Counted from the stretch's first letter, positions 1 to 11,308 are shown. The stretch: DNA of 64,000 nt from Actinomycetota bacterium (GCA_046723735.1 JBKOVB010000114.1:8498-72497); one strand, 5' to 3'. Numbers and translations are program-made. The notes: generated by a model from the sequence alone, not told the origin.

Positions 1-714
1 CGCGTTGTCAAGGGCGTCAACTTCACCGACCTCGTCGACGCCGGCGATCCGGTGGAGATGGCCAAGGTGTACGACGAGGAGGGTGCCGACGAGCTCGTCT
101 TCCTCGACATCACGGCCAGCTCCGGCTCGCGGGAGACGACCTACGACGTGGTCCGGCGCACTGCCGAACAGGTCTTCATCCCGCTCACCGTCGGTGGCGG
201 GGTGCGCAGCGTGGAGGACGTCGACCGGCTGCTGCGGGCCGGCGCCGACAAGGTCGGGGTCAACACCGCCGGCATCGCGCGGCCCGAACTGCTGAGCGAG
301 ATCGCAGAGCGGTTCGGCTCGCAGGTGCTGGTGCTGAGCGTGGACGCCCGCCGTGCCCCCGGGACGCCGAGCGGGTACGAGGTCACCACGCACGGCGGCC
401 GCAAGGGCACCGGCATCGACGCCGTCGCGTGGGCGGCGCGTGGCGAGGAGCTGGGCGTCGGGGAGATCCTGCTCAACTCGATGGACGCCGACGGCACCAA
501 GCAGGGCTACGACCTCGAGATGCTCGCCGCCGTACGCGCCGAGGTCACGGTGCCGCTGATCGCCAGCGGGGGAGCAGGATCGGTCGGCGACTTCGCCCCT
601 GCGGTGGCGGCGGGTGCGGACGCGGTGCTGGCCGCCAGCGTCTTCCACTTCGGGACGATGCGGATCGGGGACGCCAAGGAGGCGCTGCGCACCGCCGGCC
701 ACGCGGTCCGCTAA
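1..714 (+). CDS. hisF: Imidazole glycerol phosphate synthase cyclase subunit HisF (5' end cut by window edge)
   Basis: Frame 1 is open from base 1 ([38 protein letters not shown]...). It has a HisF-type (beta/alpha)8 sequence with GGGV and SGGAG phosphate loops and sits in his/trp synteny. Confidence 0.9.
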   Translation, partial: RVVKGVNFTDLVDAGDPVEMAKVYDEEGADELVFLDITASSGSRETTYDVVRRTAEQVFIPLTVGGGVRSVEDVDRLLRAGADKVGVNTAGIARPELLSEIAERFGSQVLVLSVDARRAPGTPSGYEVTTHGGRKGTGIDAVAWAARGEELGVGEILLNSMDADGTKQGYDLEMLAAVRAEVTVPLIASGGAGSVGDFAPAVAAGADAVLAASVFHFGTMRIGDAKEALRTAGHAVR

Positions 715-755
715 CCGGTTCGCACCGTGTCCGGTCGACGTGCTGAGGTAGGGAG

Positions 756-2531
756 ATGTCCGAGGGGCGGGTGATCAGGCGCGGCCTGGGCGTGCTGTGG
801 CTCGCCGTCAAGGAGGAGCCCCGGATCTTCGCGCTGTCCGCCCTGGGCAGTGCCTTGTTCGGGGGCATGACAATCGCGCAGGCCTACGTCTTCGGGTACG
901 TCACCAGCGAGGTCATCGTCCCGAGCATCGAGAAGGGCCACGCGAAGCCGGCCGCGCTCGCGGGCGCCGTACTGCTCATCGTCGGCGTCGCCACCTTCAA
1001 GATCGTCGGCATCCTCGCGCGCCGGCTCGGGGCGGGGCTCATGCAGTACCGGCTCCAGGCGACCTACCGGCGCCGCGTCACCCGGAGATACCTGGAGCTG
1101 CCGCTGGAGTGGCACCAGCAGCACCCGACCGGCGAGCTGCTGTCCAACGCGAACGCCGACGTCGAGGCGACGTGGTACCCGATCGCGCCCTTCCCCTTCG
1201 CGGTCGGCGTGATTCTCATGCTCGTGACGACCCTGGCCCTGCTGTTCGTCACCGACCCGGTCCTGGCGGTGGTCGGCTCGGTGGTCTTCCCCGCCATCGC
1301 GGTGCTGACCGTCGTGTACTCCCGCCGCATGTCGCCGCTCATGACCCGGGCGCAGCAGCTGCGCGGCGAGGTGAGCGCGATCGCGCACGAGTCCTTCGAC
1401 GGGGCGCTCGTGGTCAAGACCCTGGGCCGTGAGGCGGACGAGACGGAGCGGTTCGCCAAGGCCAGCCGCGAGCTGCGCCGGACGCTGGTCTCCGTCGGCC
1501 GGGTGCGCGGGCTGTTCGACCCGGTCATGGAGGCGCTGCCCGTCCTCGGGGTGCTGCTCGTGCTGCTGGTCGGCACCTCGCGGGTTGGCAACGGCGACCT
1601 GTCCAGCGGTCAGCTGGTGCGGGTCGCCTACCTGTTCACGCTGCTGGCGTTCCCGGTCCGCGCCATCGGCTGGGTGCTCAACGAGCTGCCCCGCAGCGTC
1701 GTCGGGTACGACCGCATCTCGCGCGTGCTGCAGGCCACCGGCGCCCAGGAGCACGGCACCGGGCACCTCAGCGAGCACGGCCCGCTCGGCTTGGGCGTGA
1801 AGGACCTCTCCTTCGCGTACGGCGACGAGCCGGTCCTGCAGGACGTCACCCTCGACGTGCTTCCCGGCCGAACCGTCGCGGTGGTCGGCCCCACCGGGTC
1901 CGGCAAGTCCACCCTGGCCTCGCTGGTGGTGCGGCTCGTCGACCCGCTGACCGGCGAGGTGCTCTACGACGGGCACGACGTGCGCGCGCTCGCGGCCGGC
2001 GAGGTTCCGGCCGCGGCGGCGATCGCGCCGCAGAGCACGTTCCTGTTCCACGACACCGTGCGGGGCAACGTGACCCTGGGCGCCGAGGTGACGGACGAGG
2101 ACGTCTGGGAGGCCCTGCGGGTCGCCCAGGCGGACGGTTTCGTAGCCGCGCTCCCGCAGGGGCTGGACTCGGTCGTGGGCGAGCGCGGCACGACGCTGTC
2201 TGGTGGTCAGCGGCAGCGGCTGGCGCTCGCCCGCGCCGTCGCCCGGCACCCACGGCTGCTCGTCCTCGACGACGCCACGTCGAGCGTCGACCCGACCGTG
2301 GAGCAGCGGATCCTGGCGGGTCTGCGCGGCACCGCGGGCACCGTGGTCGTGGTCGCCTACCGCCGCGCCACGATCGCGCTCGCCGACGAGGTCGTGTACG
2401 TCGAGGACGGCCGCGTCGCCGACCGGGGCAGCCACGTGGAGCTGCTCGAGCGCTGCGCCGGCTACCGCGCCCTGGTCACCGCCTACGAGCAGGAGCAGGC
2501 CGGCGAGGCGCTCGAGGAGGAACCCGCGTGA
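756..2531 (+). CDS. ABC exporter half-transporter (fused permease + ATPase), subunit 1
   Basis: N-terminal multi-TM domain, then Walker A GPTGSGKST, signature LSGGQRQR and Walker B LLVLDDATS. Its stop overlaps the next start (GTGA). Confidence 0.85.
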   Translation: MSEGRVIRRGLGVLWLAVKEEPRIFALSALGSALFGGMTIAQAYVFGYVTSEVIVPSIEKGHAKPAALAGAVLLIVGVATFKIVGILARRLGAGLMQYRLQATYRRRVTRRYLELPLEWHQQHPTGELLSNANADVEATWYPIAPFPFAVGVILMLVTTLALLFVTDPVLAVVGSVVFPAIAVLTVVYSRRMSPLMTRAQQLRGEVSAIAHESFDGALVVKTLGREADETERFAKASRELRRTLVSVGRVRGLFDPVMEALPVLGVLLVLLVGTSRVGNGDLSSGQLVRVAYLFTLLAFPVRAIGWVLNELPRSVVGYDRISRVLQATGAQEHGTGHLSEHGPLGLGVKDLSFAYGDEPVLQDVTLDVLPGRTVAVVGPTGSGKSTLASLVVRLVDPLTGEVLYDGHDVRALAAGEVPAAAAIAPQSTFLFHDTVRGNVTLGAEVTDEDVWEALRVAQADGFVAALPQGLDSVVGERGTTLSGGQRQRLALARAVARHPRLLVLDDATSSVDPTVEQRILAGLRGTAGTVVVVAYRRATIALADEVVYVEDGRVADRGSHVELLERCAGYRALVTAYEQEQAGEALEEEPA

Positions 2532-4306
2532 GCACCGCGACCGTCGACCGGCGGGACGCCGAGCTCGGCTCGTTCGCGACGCTCGCGCGCGGCCTGCGGC
2601 TGGCCCCCGAGTTCCGCGCGGGCCTGGCCGTGACGCTGCTGCTCGCCCTCGTCTCCACGGCGGGCCGGGTCGTCGTGCCGATCGCCGTGCAGCAGACCAT
2701 CGACAAGGGGTTGTCCGGCCCGCAGCCCGACCTGCCGCTGGTGCGGTGGGCCTGCGGCCTCGCGGCTCTCGCGGTGGCCGCCACGGCTGCGGCCAACTAC
2801 GCCATGAACGTGCGGCTCTACCGCACTACCGAGAACGGTCTGCTGGCCCTGCGCACCCGCGGGTTCCGGCGGGTGCACGACCTGTCGGTGCTGCACCAGG
2901 CCGCGGAGCAGCGCGGGTCGCTGGTGGCCAGGGTGACCACCGACGTCGACCAGATGAGCTCGTTCATGCAGTTCGGCGGTGTCCTGGTGCTGGTCTCGGC
3001 CGCCCAGGTGCTGCTCGCCTCGCTCGTGATGCTGTGGTGGTCCTGGCAGCTCACCCTGGTGGTGTACGCCTGCATGCTTCCGCTCTTCCTGCTCCTGCGG
3101 CTGTTCCAGCGTCGGCTGCACACGGCCTACCGCGGCGTGCGCGAGCGGATCGGCGACTTGCTCGGTGCGGTCGCGGAGTCGGTCGTGGGTGCCCCCGTGA
3201 TCCGCGCCTACGGCGCGCAGGCCCGAACCGCCGAACGCATCGACGACGCCGTACGACGGACGACGCGCGCCCAGACGAAGGCGCAGGCCATCACGGCATT
3301 CACCTTCTGCAGCGGCGAGGTGGTGACCGCCCTCGCCACCTCCCTCGTCGTGGTGCTGGGCGTCTTCCTCGCGATCGACGGATCGCTCACGACGGGCAAG
3401 CTGGTGGGCTTCCTGTTCCTGGTGACGCTGTTCGTGCAGCCCATGCAGGTCGCCACCGAGGTGCTCAACGAGGCGCAGAACGCGATCGCCGGTTTGCGCC
3501 GGGTGCTCGGCGTGCTCGACACCCCGACCGACATCGCCGACCCGCAGCCCGGTCGTGACCTGCCGGACGGGCCGCTCGCGGTGCGCTTCGAGCACGTGCG
3601 CTACGCGTACCCCGGCGGGCCGGACGTGCTGCACGACGTCGACCTCGAGATCGCACCGCGCTCGAGGGTCGCGGTGGTGGGCGAGACCGGCAGCGGGAAG
3701 ACCACCTTCGCCAAGCTCCTCACCCGGCTCATGGACCCGACAGCAGGCCGCGTCGTGCTGTCCGGCGTGCCCTTGGACGAGGTGCGGTTCGCGTCGCTCC
3801 GCAAGCGGGTCGTGATGGTGCCGCAGGACGGCTACCTGTTCGACATGACCATCGCCGACAACGTCCGGTACGGCTGCCCCGACGCCGACGACGCCCAGCT
3901 GCGCCGGGGGTTCGAGGAGCTCGGGCTGCTCGACTGGCTCGACGGGCTGCCCGACGGGCTGCGCACTCCCGTCGGCGAGCGCGGCGAGTCGTTGTCGGTG
4001 GGGGAGCGCCAGCTGGTCGCCATCGCCCGGGCCTACGTCGCCGATCCCGACCTGCTCGTGCTGGACGAGGCCACCAGCGCGGTGGACCCGGCCACCGAGG
4101 TGCGGCTGTCCCGGGCGCTCGAGTCCCTCACCCGCGGGCGCACCACGCTCACCATCGCGCACCGCCTTTCGACCGCGGAGGCCGCGGACGAGGTAGTCGT
4201 CGTGGACCGCGGCCGGGTGGTCCAGCGGGGCCCGCACGAGCGCCTCGTCGCCGTACCTGGTGTGTACGCCGACCTGCACGCCTCCTGGGTGCGGCAGTCC
4301 CACTAG
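2528..4306 (+). CDS. ABC exporter half-transporter (fused permease + ATPase), subunit 2
   Basis: Multi-TM N-terminus, Walker [10 protein letters not shown], signature LSVGERQL, Walker [10 protein letters not shown]. It is translationally coupled to the upstream paralogue, which implies a heterodimeric exporter. Confidence 0.85.
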   Translation: MSTATVDRRDAELGSFATLARGLRLAPEFRAGLAVTLLLALVSTAGRVVVPIAVQQTIDKGLSGPQPDLPLVRWACGLAALAVAATAAANYAMNVRLYRTTENGLLALRTRGFRRVHDLSVLHQAAEQRGSLVARVTTDVDQMSSFMQFGGVLVLVSAAQVLLASLVMLWWSWQLTLVVYACMLPLFLLLRLFQRRLHTAYRGVRERIGDLLGAVAESVVGAPVIRAYGAQARTAERIDDAVRRTTRAQTKAQAITAFTFCSGEVVTALATSLVVVLGVFLAIDGSLTTGKLVGFLFLVTLFVQPMQVATEVLNEAQNAIAGLRRVLGVLDTPTDIADPQPGRDLPDGPLAVRFEHVRYAYPGGPDVLHDVDLEIAPRSRVAVVGETGSGKTTFAKLLTRLMDPTAGRVVLSGVPLDEVRFASLRKRVVMVPQDGYLFDMTIADNVRYGCPDADDAQLRRGFEELGLLDWLDGLPDGLRTPVGERGESLSVGERQLVAIARAYVADPDLLVLDEATSAVDPATEVRLSRALESLTRGRTTLTIAHRLSTAEAADEVVVVDRGRVVQRGPHERLVAVPGVYADLHASWVRQSH

Positions 4307-4320
4307 TCCCGGCTGACACA

Positions 4321-4704
4321 ATGACCGCCATGACCGCCGTGCGCCCCACCGAGCTCGACCCTGCCATCGCCGCCAAGCTCAAGCGCGACAAGGACGGCCT
4401 CGTCGTCGCCGTCTGCCAGCAGCACGACACCGGCGAGGTGCTCATGGTCGGCTGGATGGACGACCAGGCGCTGCACCTGACGCTCACCACGGGCCGTTGC
4501 ACGTACTGGTCGCGGTCGCGGCAGGAGTACTGGGTCAAGGGTGAGACGTCCGGCTCGCAGCAGTGGGTGAAGTCCGTCGCGCTGGACTGCGACGGCGACA
4601 CGCTGCTGGTCAAGGTCGACCAGGTGGGCGGCGCGTGCCACACCGGCGACCGGACCTGCTTCGACGCCCTGCCGCTGCCGGCCGTCGTCGGCGAGCGCCC
4701 ATGA
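4321..4704 (+). CDS. hisI: Phosphoribosyl-AMP cyclohydrolase HisI
   Basis: [26 protein letters not shown]...[17 protein letters not shown]...[21 protein letters not shown] is the HisI signature. Confidence 0.9.
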   Translation: MTAMTAVRPTELDPAIAAKLKRDKDGLVVAVCQQHDTGEVLMVGWMDDQALHLTLTTGRCTYWSRSRQEYWVKGETSGSQQWVKSVALDCDGDTLLVKVDQVGGACHTGDRTCFDALPLPAVVGERP

Positions 4705-6179
4705 GTGCGCTCGGCGTCACGCGGCCGACGCCCGAGGAGTTCGCCACCCTCGACCAGCCGCTGGTGCCGGTGACGCGCCGCCTCCTCGCCGACGGCGAGA
4801 CCGCGATCGGGGTCTACCGCAAGCTCGCCGGGAACCGCCCAGGCACCTTCCTGCTCGAGTCGGCCGAGCAGGGCAAGTGGTCGCGCTGGTCGTTCGTGGG
4901 GGTCCGCTGCGCGGCCACGCTGACGGAGCGGGACGGCGAGGCGCTGTGGCTCGGCGACGCTCTGCCCACCACCTCGACCGACCCGATGGAGGCGCTGCGC
5001 GAGGCCGACGCGCTGCTGCGCTCGCCGCACGACCCCACCTTGCCGCCGTTCACGGGGGGTCTCGTCGGCTACCTCTCGTACGACGTGGTCCGCCGCCTCG
5101 AGCGACTGCCCGCCACCGCCCTGGACGAGCTGGGCATGCCCGAGCTGACCATGCTCCTGGCCACCGACCTCGCCGTCCTCGACCACAGCGACGGCACGAT
5201 CGTGCTGATCGCGAACGTCGTGCGGGGCGGGTCGTACGACGACGCGGTGGCCCGGCTCGACGCCATGCAGGCCGACCTGGGCAAGCCCGGCGAGCCCTCG
5301 GTGGCCGTCGTGGACCTGGAGGCGCCGCCGGCTTTCCGACGCAGGACGTCGGCCGAGGACCACATGGCCAAGGTCGAGGTCGTCAAGGAGCACATCCGTG
5401 CCGGTGACGCCTTCCAGGTCGTGCTGTCGCAGCGGTTCGAGGTGGACACCGAGGTCGACGCGCTGGACGTCTACCGCGTGCTGCGGGCGACCAACCCGTC
5501 GCCGTACATGTACCTGCTGCGCTTCGCGGGCCGCGAGTCGCCGTACGACGTGGTCGGCTCCTCTCCCGAGGCCCTCGTCACCGTGACCGACGGCAAGGCG
5601 GTGCTGCACCCGATCGCGGGCACCAAGCCGCGGGGGGAGACGCCCGAGGAGGACGTTGCTCTGGGCGCGCAGCTGCTCGCGGATCCCAAGGAGCGCAGCG
5701 AGCACGTGATGCTCGTCGACCTCGGCCGCAACGACCTCGGACGCGTATGCGCGCCGGGGACCGTGGACGTCGTCGACTTCATGACGCTCGAGCGGTACTC
5801 GCACGTCATGCACATCGTCTCGACGGTGGTCGGGGAGCTGGCGCCGGGTCGCACCGCGTTCGACGTCCTGACCGCGACGTTCCCCGCGGGCACCCTCTCG
5901 GGCGCCCCGAAGGTGCGGGCCATGGAGATCATCGAGTCGCTCGAGCCGGTCCGCCGCAACCTGTACGGCGGGTGCGTGGGCTACCTCGGCGCCGGCGGCG
6001 ACATGGACATGGCCATCGCGATCCGGACCGCGGTGCTGCACGAGGGCCGGGCCATCGTGCAGGCGGGCGGCGGGCTGGTCGCGGACAGCGACCCGGCCGC
6101 GGAGCAGGCCGAGTGCGAGAACAAGGCCGCGGCCGTCTTGCGCGCGATCGCGGCCGCCCAGACCCTGCACGGGGCATGA
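4701..6179 (+). CDS. trpE: Anthranilate synthase component I TrpE
   Basis: The internal ATG at 4701 overlaps the hisI stop (ATGA). Chorismate-binding motifs are present ([44 protein letters not shown]). Confidence 0.9.
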   Translation: MSALGVTRPTPEEFATLDQPLVPVTRRLLADGETAIGVYRKLAGNRPGTFLLESAEQGKWSRWSFVGVRCAATLTERDGEALWLGDALPTTSTDPMEALREADALLRSPHDPTLPPFTGGLVGYLSYDVVRRLERLPATALDELGMPELTMLLATDLAVLDHSDGTIVLIANVVRGGSYDDAVARLDAMQADLGKPGEPSVAVVDLEAPPAFRRRTSAEDHMAKVEVVKEHIRAGDAFQVVLSQRFEVDTEVDALDVYRVLRATNPSPYMYLLRFAGRESPYDVVGSSPEALVTVTDGKAVLHPIAGTKPRGETPEEDVALGAQLLADPKERSEHVMLVDLGRNDLGRVCAPGTVDVVDFMTLERYSHVMHIVSTVVGELAPGRTAFDVLTATFPAGTLSGAPKVRAMEIIESLEPVRRNLYGGCVGYLGAGGDMDMAIAIRTAVLHEGRAIVQAGGGLVADSDPAAEQAECENKAAAVLRAIAAAQTLHGA

Positions 6180-6736
6180 GCTCGGCCCCTGAGCGCCGAG
6201 AGCTGCTGCTCGCAGTGGTGCTGTGCGCCGCGGGCGCCGCGCTGGTGCTCTGGGGCGCCTCGGCCACGTGGTCGTCGTTCCACCCGGCGGGGGAAGCCCT
6301 CGGCGTCGTGGTGGCGCGCAGCTCGGGCCGTGCGCTGTTCCCCGCGACCGCGGCGCTCGGCTGGGCTGCGCTCGCCGGCGCGCTGGTGCTCGTGGCGGTG
6401 CGCGGCTGGGTGCGTCGTGCCGTCGGCCTGCTTCTGGCGGTCGCCGGCGTCGTGGTGATCGTGGACGCGGTGCGGGCGCTCGTCGACACACCGCCTCCGG
6501 TGAACGGGGCTGCCGTGCTGGAGGCAGGCGCCCTGCATGCCGGGCACGGGTGGATGGTGCTCACGCTCGTCGGCGGGGGGCTGCTCGTGCTGGCCGGAGC
6601 CTTCAGCGCCGTGCGCGGTGCTGACTGGGGAGGGCTCGGCTCGTCGTACGAGCCTCCGGGTGGCGCCCCCGAACCGCCGGTGACGGACAAGGGCGTCTGG
6701 GACGCGCTGGACCGCGGCGACGACCCGACCGCCTGA
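6176..6736 (+). CDS. Trp-operon-associated membrane protein (TIGR02234-like)
   Basis: The ATG at 6176 overlaps the trpE stop (ATGA). It has four predicted hydrophobic helices and holds the same position as Rv1610 between trpE and trpC. Confidence 0.7.
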   Translation: MSSAPERRELLLAVVLCAAGAALVLWGASATWSSFHPAGEALGVVVARSSGRALFPATAALGWAALAGALVLVAVRGWVRRAVGLLLAVAGVVVIVDAVRALVDTPPPVNGAAVLEAGALHAGHGWMVLTLVGGGLLVLAGAFSAVRGADWGGLGSSYEPPGGAPEPPVTDKGVWDALDRGDDPTA

Positions 6737-6936
6737 CACACCGGGCACCTTCGTCGCCCGACCCGTATGTGCGATCACGCATGTCCATATGCGATCCGAC
6801 ATGGCCGCTGCGGGAGAACGGCACGCGAGACGGTGTCGGGGCGGACCGTCCGGCGCCCTACGCACCCCGGAGGGAGGCAGCCGGATCGGCCCGTCTACCG
6901 TGAGGTGCACCACCCCGGACGACGGCAGGAGAACTC

Positions 6937-7743
6937 GTGAGCGTGCTCGACGACATCCTCGTCGGGGTGCGCGAGGACCTTGCGGCACGCCAGGCCGTGA
7001 CCTCGCTCCAACAGCTCAAGGAGCGTGCGGCCCAGCAGCCAGCGGCGCAGGACGGGGTCGCTGCGCTGAAGCAGCCCGGGGTCGCGGTGATCGCGGAGGT
7101 CAAGCGCAGCAGCCCCTCCAAGGGCGCGCTCGCCGCGATCGCCGACCCCGCTGGGCTCGCCGAGGACTACGAGGCGGGTGGTGCCAGCGTCATCTCGGTG
7201 CTCACCGAGGGGCGCCGGTTCGGCGGCTCGCTGGCCGACTTCGATGAGGTGCGTACGCGGGTGGACGTCCCCCTGCTGCGCAAGGACTTCATCGTCTCCA
7301 GCTATCAGCTCTGGGAAGCCCGGGCGCACGGTGCCGACCTGGTGCTGCTCATCGTCGCGGCGCTCGAGCAGGAGGCGCTCATCAGCCTGCGCGAGCGCAC
7401 CGAGTCGCTCGGCATGACCGCGCTCGTCGAGGTCCACGACGAGCAGGAGCTGGAGCGCGCGGTGGCCGCGGGCGCGCGGCTGATCGGGGTCAACGCCCGT
7501 GACCTCAAGACCCTCGAGGTCGACCGGAGTGTGTTCGGGCGGCTCAGCCCGCTCATGCCGGAGGGGGTCGTCAAGGTCGCGGAGTCCGGCGTACGCGGTC
7601 CGCATGACCTGCTCCACTACGCGGCGTCCGGGGCGGACGCCGTTCTCGTGGGGGAGGGCGTCGTCGTCGGCGGCAACCCCCGCCAGGCGGTGGCGGACCT
7701 GGTCACGGCAGGAGCCCACCCCGCAGCGCGGCACACGCCATGA
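6937..7743 (+). CDS. trpC: Indole-3-glycerol phosphate synthase TrpC
   Basis: [13 protein letters not shown]...[13 protein letters not shown]...[26 protein letters not shown]. An SD (GGCAGGAG) precedes the GTG start. Confidence 0.9.
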   Translation: MSVLDDILVGVREDLAARQAVTSLQQLKERAAQQPAAQDGVAALKQPGVAVIAEVKRSSPSKGALAAIADPAGLAEDYEAGGASVISVLTEGRRFGGSLADFDEVRTRVDVPLLRKDFIVSSYQLWEARAHGADLVLLIVAALEQEALISLRERTESLGMTALVEVHDEQELERAVAAGARLIGVNARDLKTLEVDRSVFGRLSPLMPEGVVKVAESGVRGPHDLLHYAASGADAVLVGEGVVVGGNPRQAVADLVTAGAHPAARHTP

Positions 7744-8933
7744 CCGGCCTCCCCGACGCGTCCGGCCATTTCGGCCCGTACGGCGGACGGTTCATCCCCG
7801 AGGCGCTCGTGGCCGCGCTCGACGAGCTCACCGAGGCGCACGCGGCCGCTCAGCAGGACCCCCTGTTCACGGCCGAGCTCGACGACCTGCTCGAGCACTA
7901 CGCCGGCCGACCGACGCCGCTGACCGAGGCGAAGCGCTTCTCGGAGCACGCTGGTGCGCGGGTCTTCGTCAAGCGCGAGGACCTCGCCCACACCGGTTCG
8001 CACAAGGTCAACAACGTGCTCGGGCAGGCGCTGCTCACCAAGCGGATGGGCAAGAAGCGCGTCATCGCCGAGACCGGGGCCGGCCAGCACGGCGTGGCCA
8101 CGGCGACCGCCGCGGCGCTCTTCGGCTTCGACTGCACGGTCTACATGGGCGAGGAGGACACCCGCCGCCAGGCGCTCAACGTCGCTCGCATGCGGCTGCT
8201 CGGGGCAGAGGTGGTGCCTGTCACGTCCGGCACCAAGACACTCAAGGACGCGACCAACGAGGCGTTCCGCGACTGGGTCGCGAACGTCGAGTCGACGCAC
8301 TACGTCATCGGGTCGGTCGTGGGCCCGCACCCGTTTCCCATGCTGGTGCGCGACTTCCAGCGGATCATCGGTGTCGAGACGCGCCAGCAGGTACTCGAGC
8401 GCGCGGGTCGCCTCCCTGACGCCGTGGTCGCCTGCGTCGGCGGCGGCAGCAACGCGATGGGGATCTTCCACCGCTTCCTGTCGGACGAGGGTGTGGCGCT
8501 CATCGGCTGCGAGGCCGGGGGTGAGGGGGTCGCGACCGGCCACCACGCCGCGCCGCTCACGGCCGGCGAGCCCGGTGTGCTGCACGGCGCGCGCTCCTAC
8601 CTCATGCAGGACGAGGACGGCCAGACGCTCGACACCCACTCCATCAGCGCGGGCCTCGACTACCCGGGCGTCGGTCCCGAGCACGCCTGGCTGCGCGACC
8701 AGGGCCGCGCGCAGTACCGCGCGGTCACCGACGACGACGCGATGGCCGCGCTGCAGCTGCTGGCGCGGACCGAGGGCATCCTCTGCGCCATCGAGTCGGC
8801 GCACGCCTTCGCCGGCGCGCTGCAGTGGGTGAAGGAGCACGACCGCGACGACCTGCTCGTCGTCGTGAACTGCAGCGGCCGCGGCGACAAGGACGTCGAC
8901 ACCGCGGGCCGGTACTTCGGGCTGCTCGCATGA
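7740..8933 (+). CDS. trpB: Tryptophan synthase beta chain TrpB
   Basis: [13 protein letters not shown]...HTGSHKVNN (PLP lysine motif)...[12 protein letters not shown] overlap with trpC. Confidence 0.95.
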   Translation: MTGLPDASGHFGPYGGRFIPEALVAALDELTEAHAAAQQDPLFTAELDDLLEHYAGRPTPLTEAKRFSEHAGARVFVKREDLAHTGSHKVNNVLGQALLTKRMGKKRVIAETGAGQHGVATATAAALFGFDCTVYMGEEDTRRQALNVARMRLLGAEVVPVTSGTKTLKDATNEAFRDWVANVESTHYVIGSVVGPHPFPMLVRDFQRIIGVETRQQVLERAGRLPDAVVACVGGGSNAMGIFHRFLSDEGVALIGCEAGGEGVATGHHAAPLTAGEPGVLHGARSYLMQDEDGQTLDTHSISAGLDYPGVGPEHAWLRDQGRAQYRAVTDDDAMAALQLLARTEGILCAIESAHAFAGALQWVKEHDRDDLLVVVNCSGRGDKDVDTAGRYFGLLA

Positions 8934-9709
8934 CGCACCTCGACGAGCTGTTCGCGCGCTGCCGGGCGGAGGGTCGCGCCGCGCTGATCGGCTACCTGCC
9001 CGTCGGCTTCCCGTCGTACGACGCGTCCGTGGCTGCCATGGTGGCGATGGTCGAGGGCGGGGTGGACGCGGTCGAGGTCGGCGTGCCCTACTCCGACCCG
9101 GGCATGGACGGTCCGGTCATCCAGGTCGCGGTCGACCAGGCACTACGGGGCGGCACCCGGGTCGCGCAGGTCTTCGACGCCGTCCGGGCTGTCAGCGCGC
9201 ACGCGCCGACGGTGGTCATGGGGTACTGGAACCCGGTCGAGAAGTACGGGCCCGCCCGCTTCGCCAAGGACCTCAAGGCGGCCGGCGGGTCGGGCGCGAT
9301 CACCCCCGATCTCATCCCGGAGGAGGCCGGCCCGTGGCTCGAGGCCGCGCGCGCCGAGGACCTCAACCCGGTGTTCCTGGTGGCGCCGTCGAGCACCGAC
9401 GCGCGGCTGGAGGTGGTCGGCCGGACCAACCGTGGCTTCGTGTACGCCGCCAGCACGATGGGCGTGACCGGCACCCGTGACGCGGTCAGCAACCGCGCTG
9501 AGGAGCTGGTCGCGCGCACCCGGCTGCACACGGACCTACCGGTGTGCGTCGGGCTCGGGGTGAGCAACGGCGAGCAGGCCGCCGAGGTGGCGGCGTATGC
9601 CGACGGGGTCATCGTCGGCTCGGCGTTCGTGCGGGCGCTCCAGGACGGCGGCTCCGAGGCGGTCCGGGAGCTGGCGCGGGACCTCACCGCCGGCGTCCGC
9701 CAGCGTTGA
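8930..9709 (+). CDS. trpA: Tryptophan synthase alpha chain TrpA
   Basis: The internal ATG at 8930 overlaps the trpB stop. GYLPVGFPS...[18 protein letters not shown]...GVTG motifs are present. Confidence 0.9.
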   Translation: MTHLDELFARCRAEGRAALIGYLPVGFPSYDASVAAMVAMVEGGVDAVEVGVPYSDPGMDGPVIQVAVDQALRGGTRVAQVFDAVRAVSAHAPTVVMGYWNPVEKYGPARFAKDLKAAGGSGAITPDLIPEEAGPWLEAARAEDLNPVFLVAPSSTDARLEVVGRTNRGFVYAASTMGVTGTRDAVSNRAEELVARTRLHTDLPVCVGLGVSNGEQAAEVAAYADGVIVGSAFVRALQDGGSEAVRELARDLTAGVRQR

Positions 9710-9726
9710 GCGGGGGGCTCCATAAG

Positions 9727-10536
9727 GTGGTCGTCGTGCCCCTCGCGTACCTGCCGAGCCCGTCGAGCGGGGTCGTTCACATCGGCCCGTTCCCGCTGCG
9801 GGCCTACGCCGCCTGCATCCTGCTGGGGGTGGCCGTCGCCGTCCTCATCGGCGAGCGGCGCTGGGTGGCCCGCGGCGGCGAGCCCGGCACCGTGACGGAC
9901 GTCGCCGCGATCGCCGTACCGGCAGGTCTGATCGGGGCGCGGCTCTACCACGTGATCACGAGCCCCGACCAGTATGTCCACCACCCGTTGGAGGCGCTCT
10001 ACGTCTGGCGCGGGGGCCTAGGGATCTGGGGCGGTGTGCTGGGCGGTGCGCTCGGGGCCTGGTGGGCGCTGCGGCGCCGTCAGATCCCGTTCGGCGACTT
10101 CGCGGACGCGCTCGCCCCCGCCCTTCCGGTCGCGCAGGCCATCGGGCGGTTCGGGAACTGGTTCAACCAGGAGCTCTACGGCCGCGCCACCACGCTGCCG
10201 TGGGGGCTGAAGATCGACGCGGAGCACAGTCCCGACGGCGTCGCCGGCACGTACCACCCCACGTTCCTCTACGAGGCGCTGTGGAACCTCGGCGTGGCCG
10301 CGGTCGTCGTCTGGGCGGACCGGCGCTACCGGCTGCGGCGGGGCCGTGCCTTCGCGCTCTACGTGGCGCTGTACTGCGTGGGCCGTTTCTGGATCGAGGC
10401 GCTGCGCATCGACACCGCGCACCGGTTCTTCGGGCTCCGGCTCAACGACTACGTCGCCGTCGCCGTCTTCGTGGCAGCGGTCACGTACTTCGTCGCGCGT
10501 CGGGACAAGCCGGCCGACGTACCCTCGGAGCCATGA
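9727..10536 (+). CDS. lgt: Prolipoprotein diacylglyceryl transferase Lgt
   Basis: LAYLPSPSSGVVHIGPFPLRAYA...GRFGNWFNQELYG...HPTFLYE. The start could be the GTG at 9727 or at 9736. Confidence 0.85.
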   Translation: MVVVPLAYLPSPSSGVVHIGPFPLRAYAACILLGVAVAVLIGERRWVARGGEPGTVTDVAAIAVPAGLIGARLYHVITSPDQYVHHPLEALYVWRGGLGIWGGVLGGALGAWWALRRRQIPFGDFADALAPALPVAQAIGRFGNWFNQELYGRATTLPWGLKIDAEHSPDGVAGTYHPTFLYEALWNLGVAAVVVWADRRYRLRRGRAFALYVALYCVGRFWIEALRIDTAHRFFGLRLNDYVAVAVFVAAVTYFVARRDKPADVPSEP

Positions 10537-11261
10537 CGAGCGACGCCTCGACCCGCGTCCGGGCCCACGAGCTCCCCCAGCCGCACCACCGGGACGTGAC
10601 CGGTGGCTGGCTGCGGCCCGCCGTGTTCGGCATCAGCGACGGGCTGGTGAGCAACACGGCGCTGATCATGGGCGTCGCAGGGGCGAGTGTCAGCGCTCAC
10701 ACCGTCCTGCTCACCGGACTCGCGGGTCTGGCCTCCGGCGCCTTCAGCATGGCCGCTGGCGAGTACGTCAGCGTCGCCTCCCAGACCGAGCTCACCAAGG
10801 CCGAGATCGAGCTGGAGAAGTCCGAGCTGCAGCGAGTTCCGCACCTCGAGCTCGCCGAGCTGGCGCACATCTACGAGGAGCGCGGGCTCGACCCGGACCT
10901 CGCGACCGAGGTCGCCAAGCAGCTCTCGCGGGACCCAGAGGTGCAGTGGCGGGTGCACGCCCGCGAGGAGCTCGGCGTCGACCCCGACGACCTCCCCAGC
11001 CCGTGGGTGGCCGCCGGTTCGTCGTTCCTCGCGTTCTCCATCGGAGCGCTCCTGCCCCTGCTGCCCTACCTGCTGGGCGTCGGCGCGCTCGCGGGAGTGG
11101 TGCTGCTGTCCTCGATCAGCCTGTTCGTGGTCGGGGCCCTCGTCAGCCGCTTCACCACCCGGACCTGGTACTACTCGGGCGCCCGCCAGCTTCTGCTCGG
11201 CGCCTGCGCAGGGGGGGTCACCTACGGGATCGGCGCCGCGATCGGCACCACCACCGGGTGA
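10533..11261 (+). CDS. VIT1/CCC1-family (iron/manganese transporter-like) membrane protein
   Basis: The ATG at 10533 overlaps the lgt stop (ATGA). WLRPAVFGISDGLVSNTALIMGVAG...AGEYVSV, and the central helical EL..LA.IY..RGL segment is typical of VIT-family proteins. Confidence 0.75.
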   Translation: MTSDASTRVRAHELPQPHHRDVTGGWLRPAVFGISDGLVSNTALIMGVAGASVSAHTVLLTGLAGLASGAFSMAAGEYVSVASQTELTKAEIELEKSELQRVPHLELAELAHIYEERGLDPDLATEVAKQLSRDPEVQWRVHAREELGVDPDDLPSPWVAAGSSFLAFSIGALLPLLPYLLGVGALAGVVLLSSISLFVVGALVSRFTTRTWYYSGARQLLLGACAGGVTYGIGAAIGTTTG

Positions 11262-11267
11262 CGCGCG

Positions 11268-11308
11268 GCACACGACCCTGACGGGATATCCCGGTCAGAC
11301 ACGTGTGC
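11268..11308 (+). terminator. Long imperfect hairpin between the VIT gene and gltB (terminator or operator)
   Basis: GCACACG-ACC-CTGAC-GGGATATCCC-G-GTCAG-ACA-CGTGTGC. The outer 7-bp and inner 5-bp stems flank a palindromic GGGATATCCC core. There is no U-tract. Confidence 0.35.

Noticed and set aside
4307-4720. A tryptophan attenuator or leader peptide upstream of trpE.
   Set aside because: trpE starts inside the hisI stop codon (ATGA overlap), which leaves no leader region. No ORF with tandem Trp codons is found upstream of trpE or trpC.
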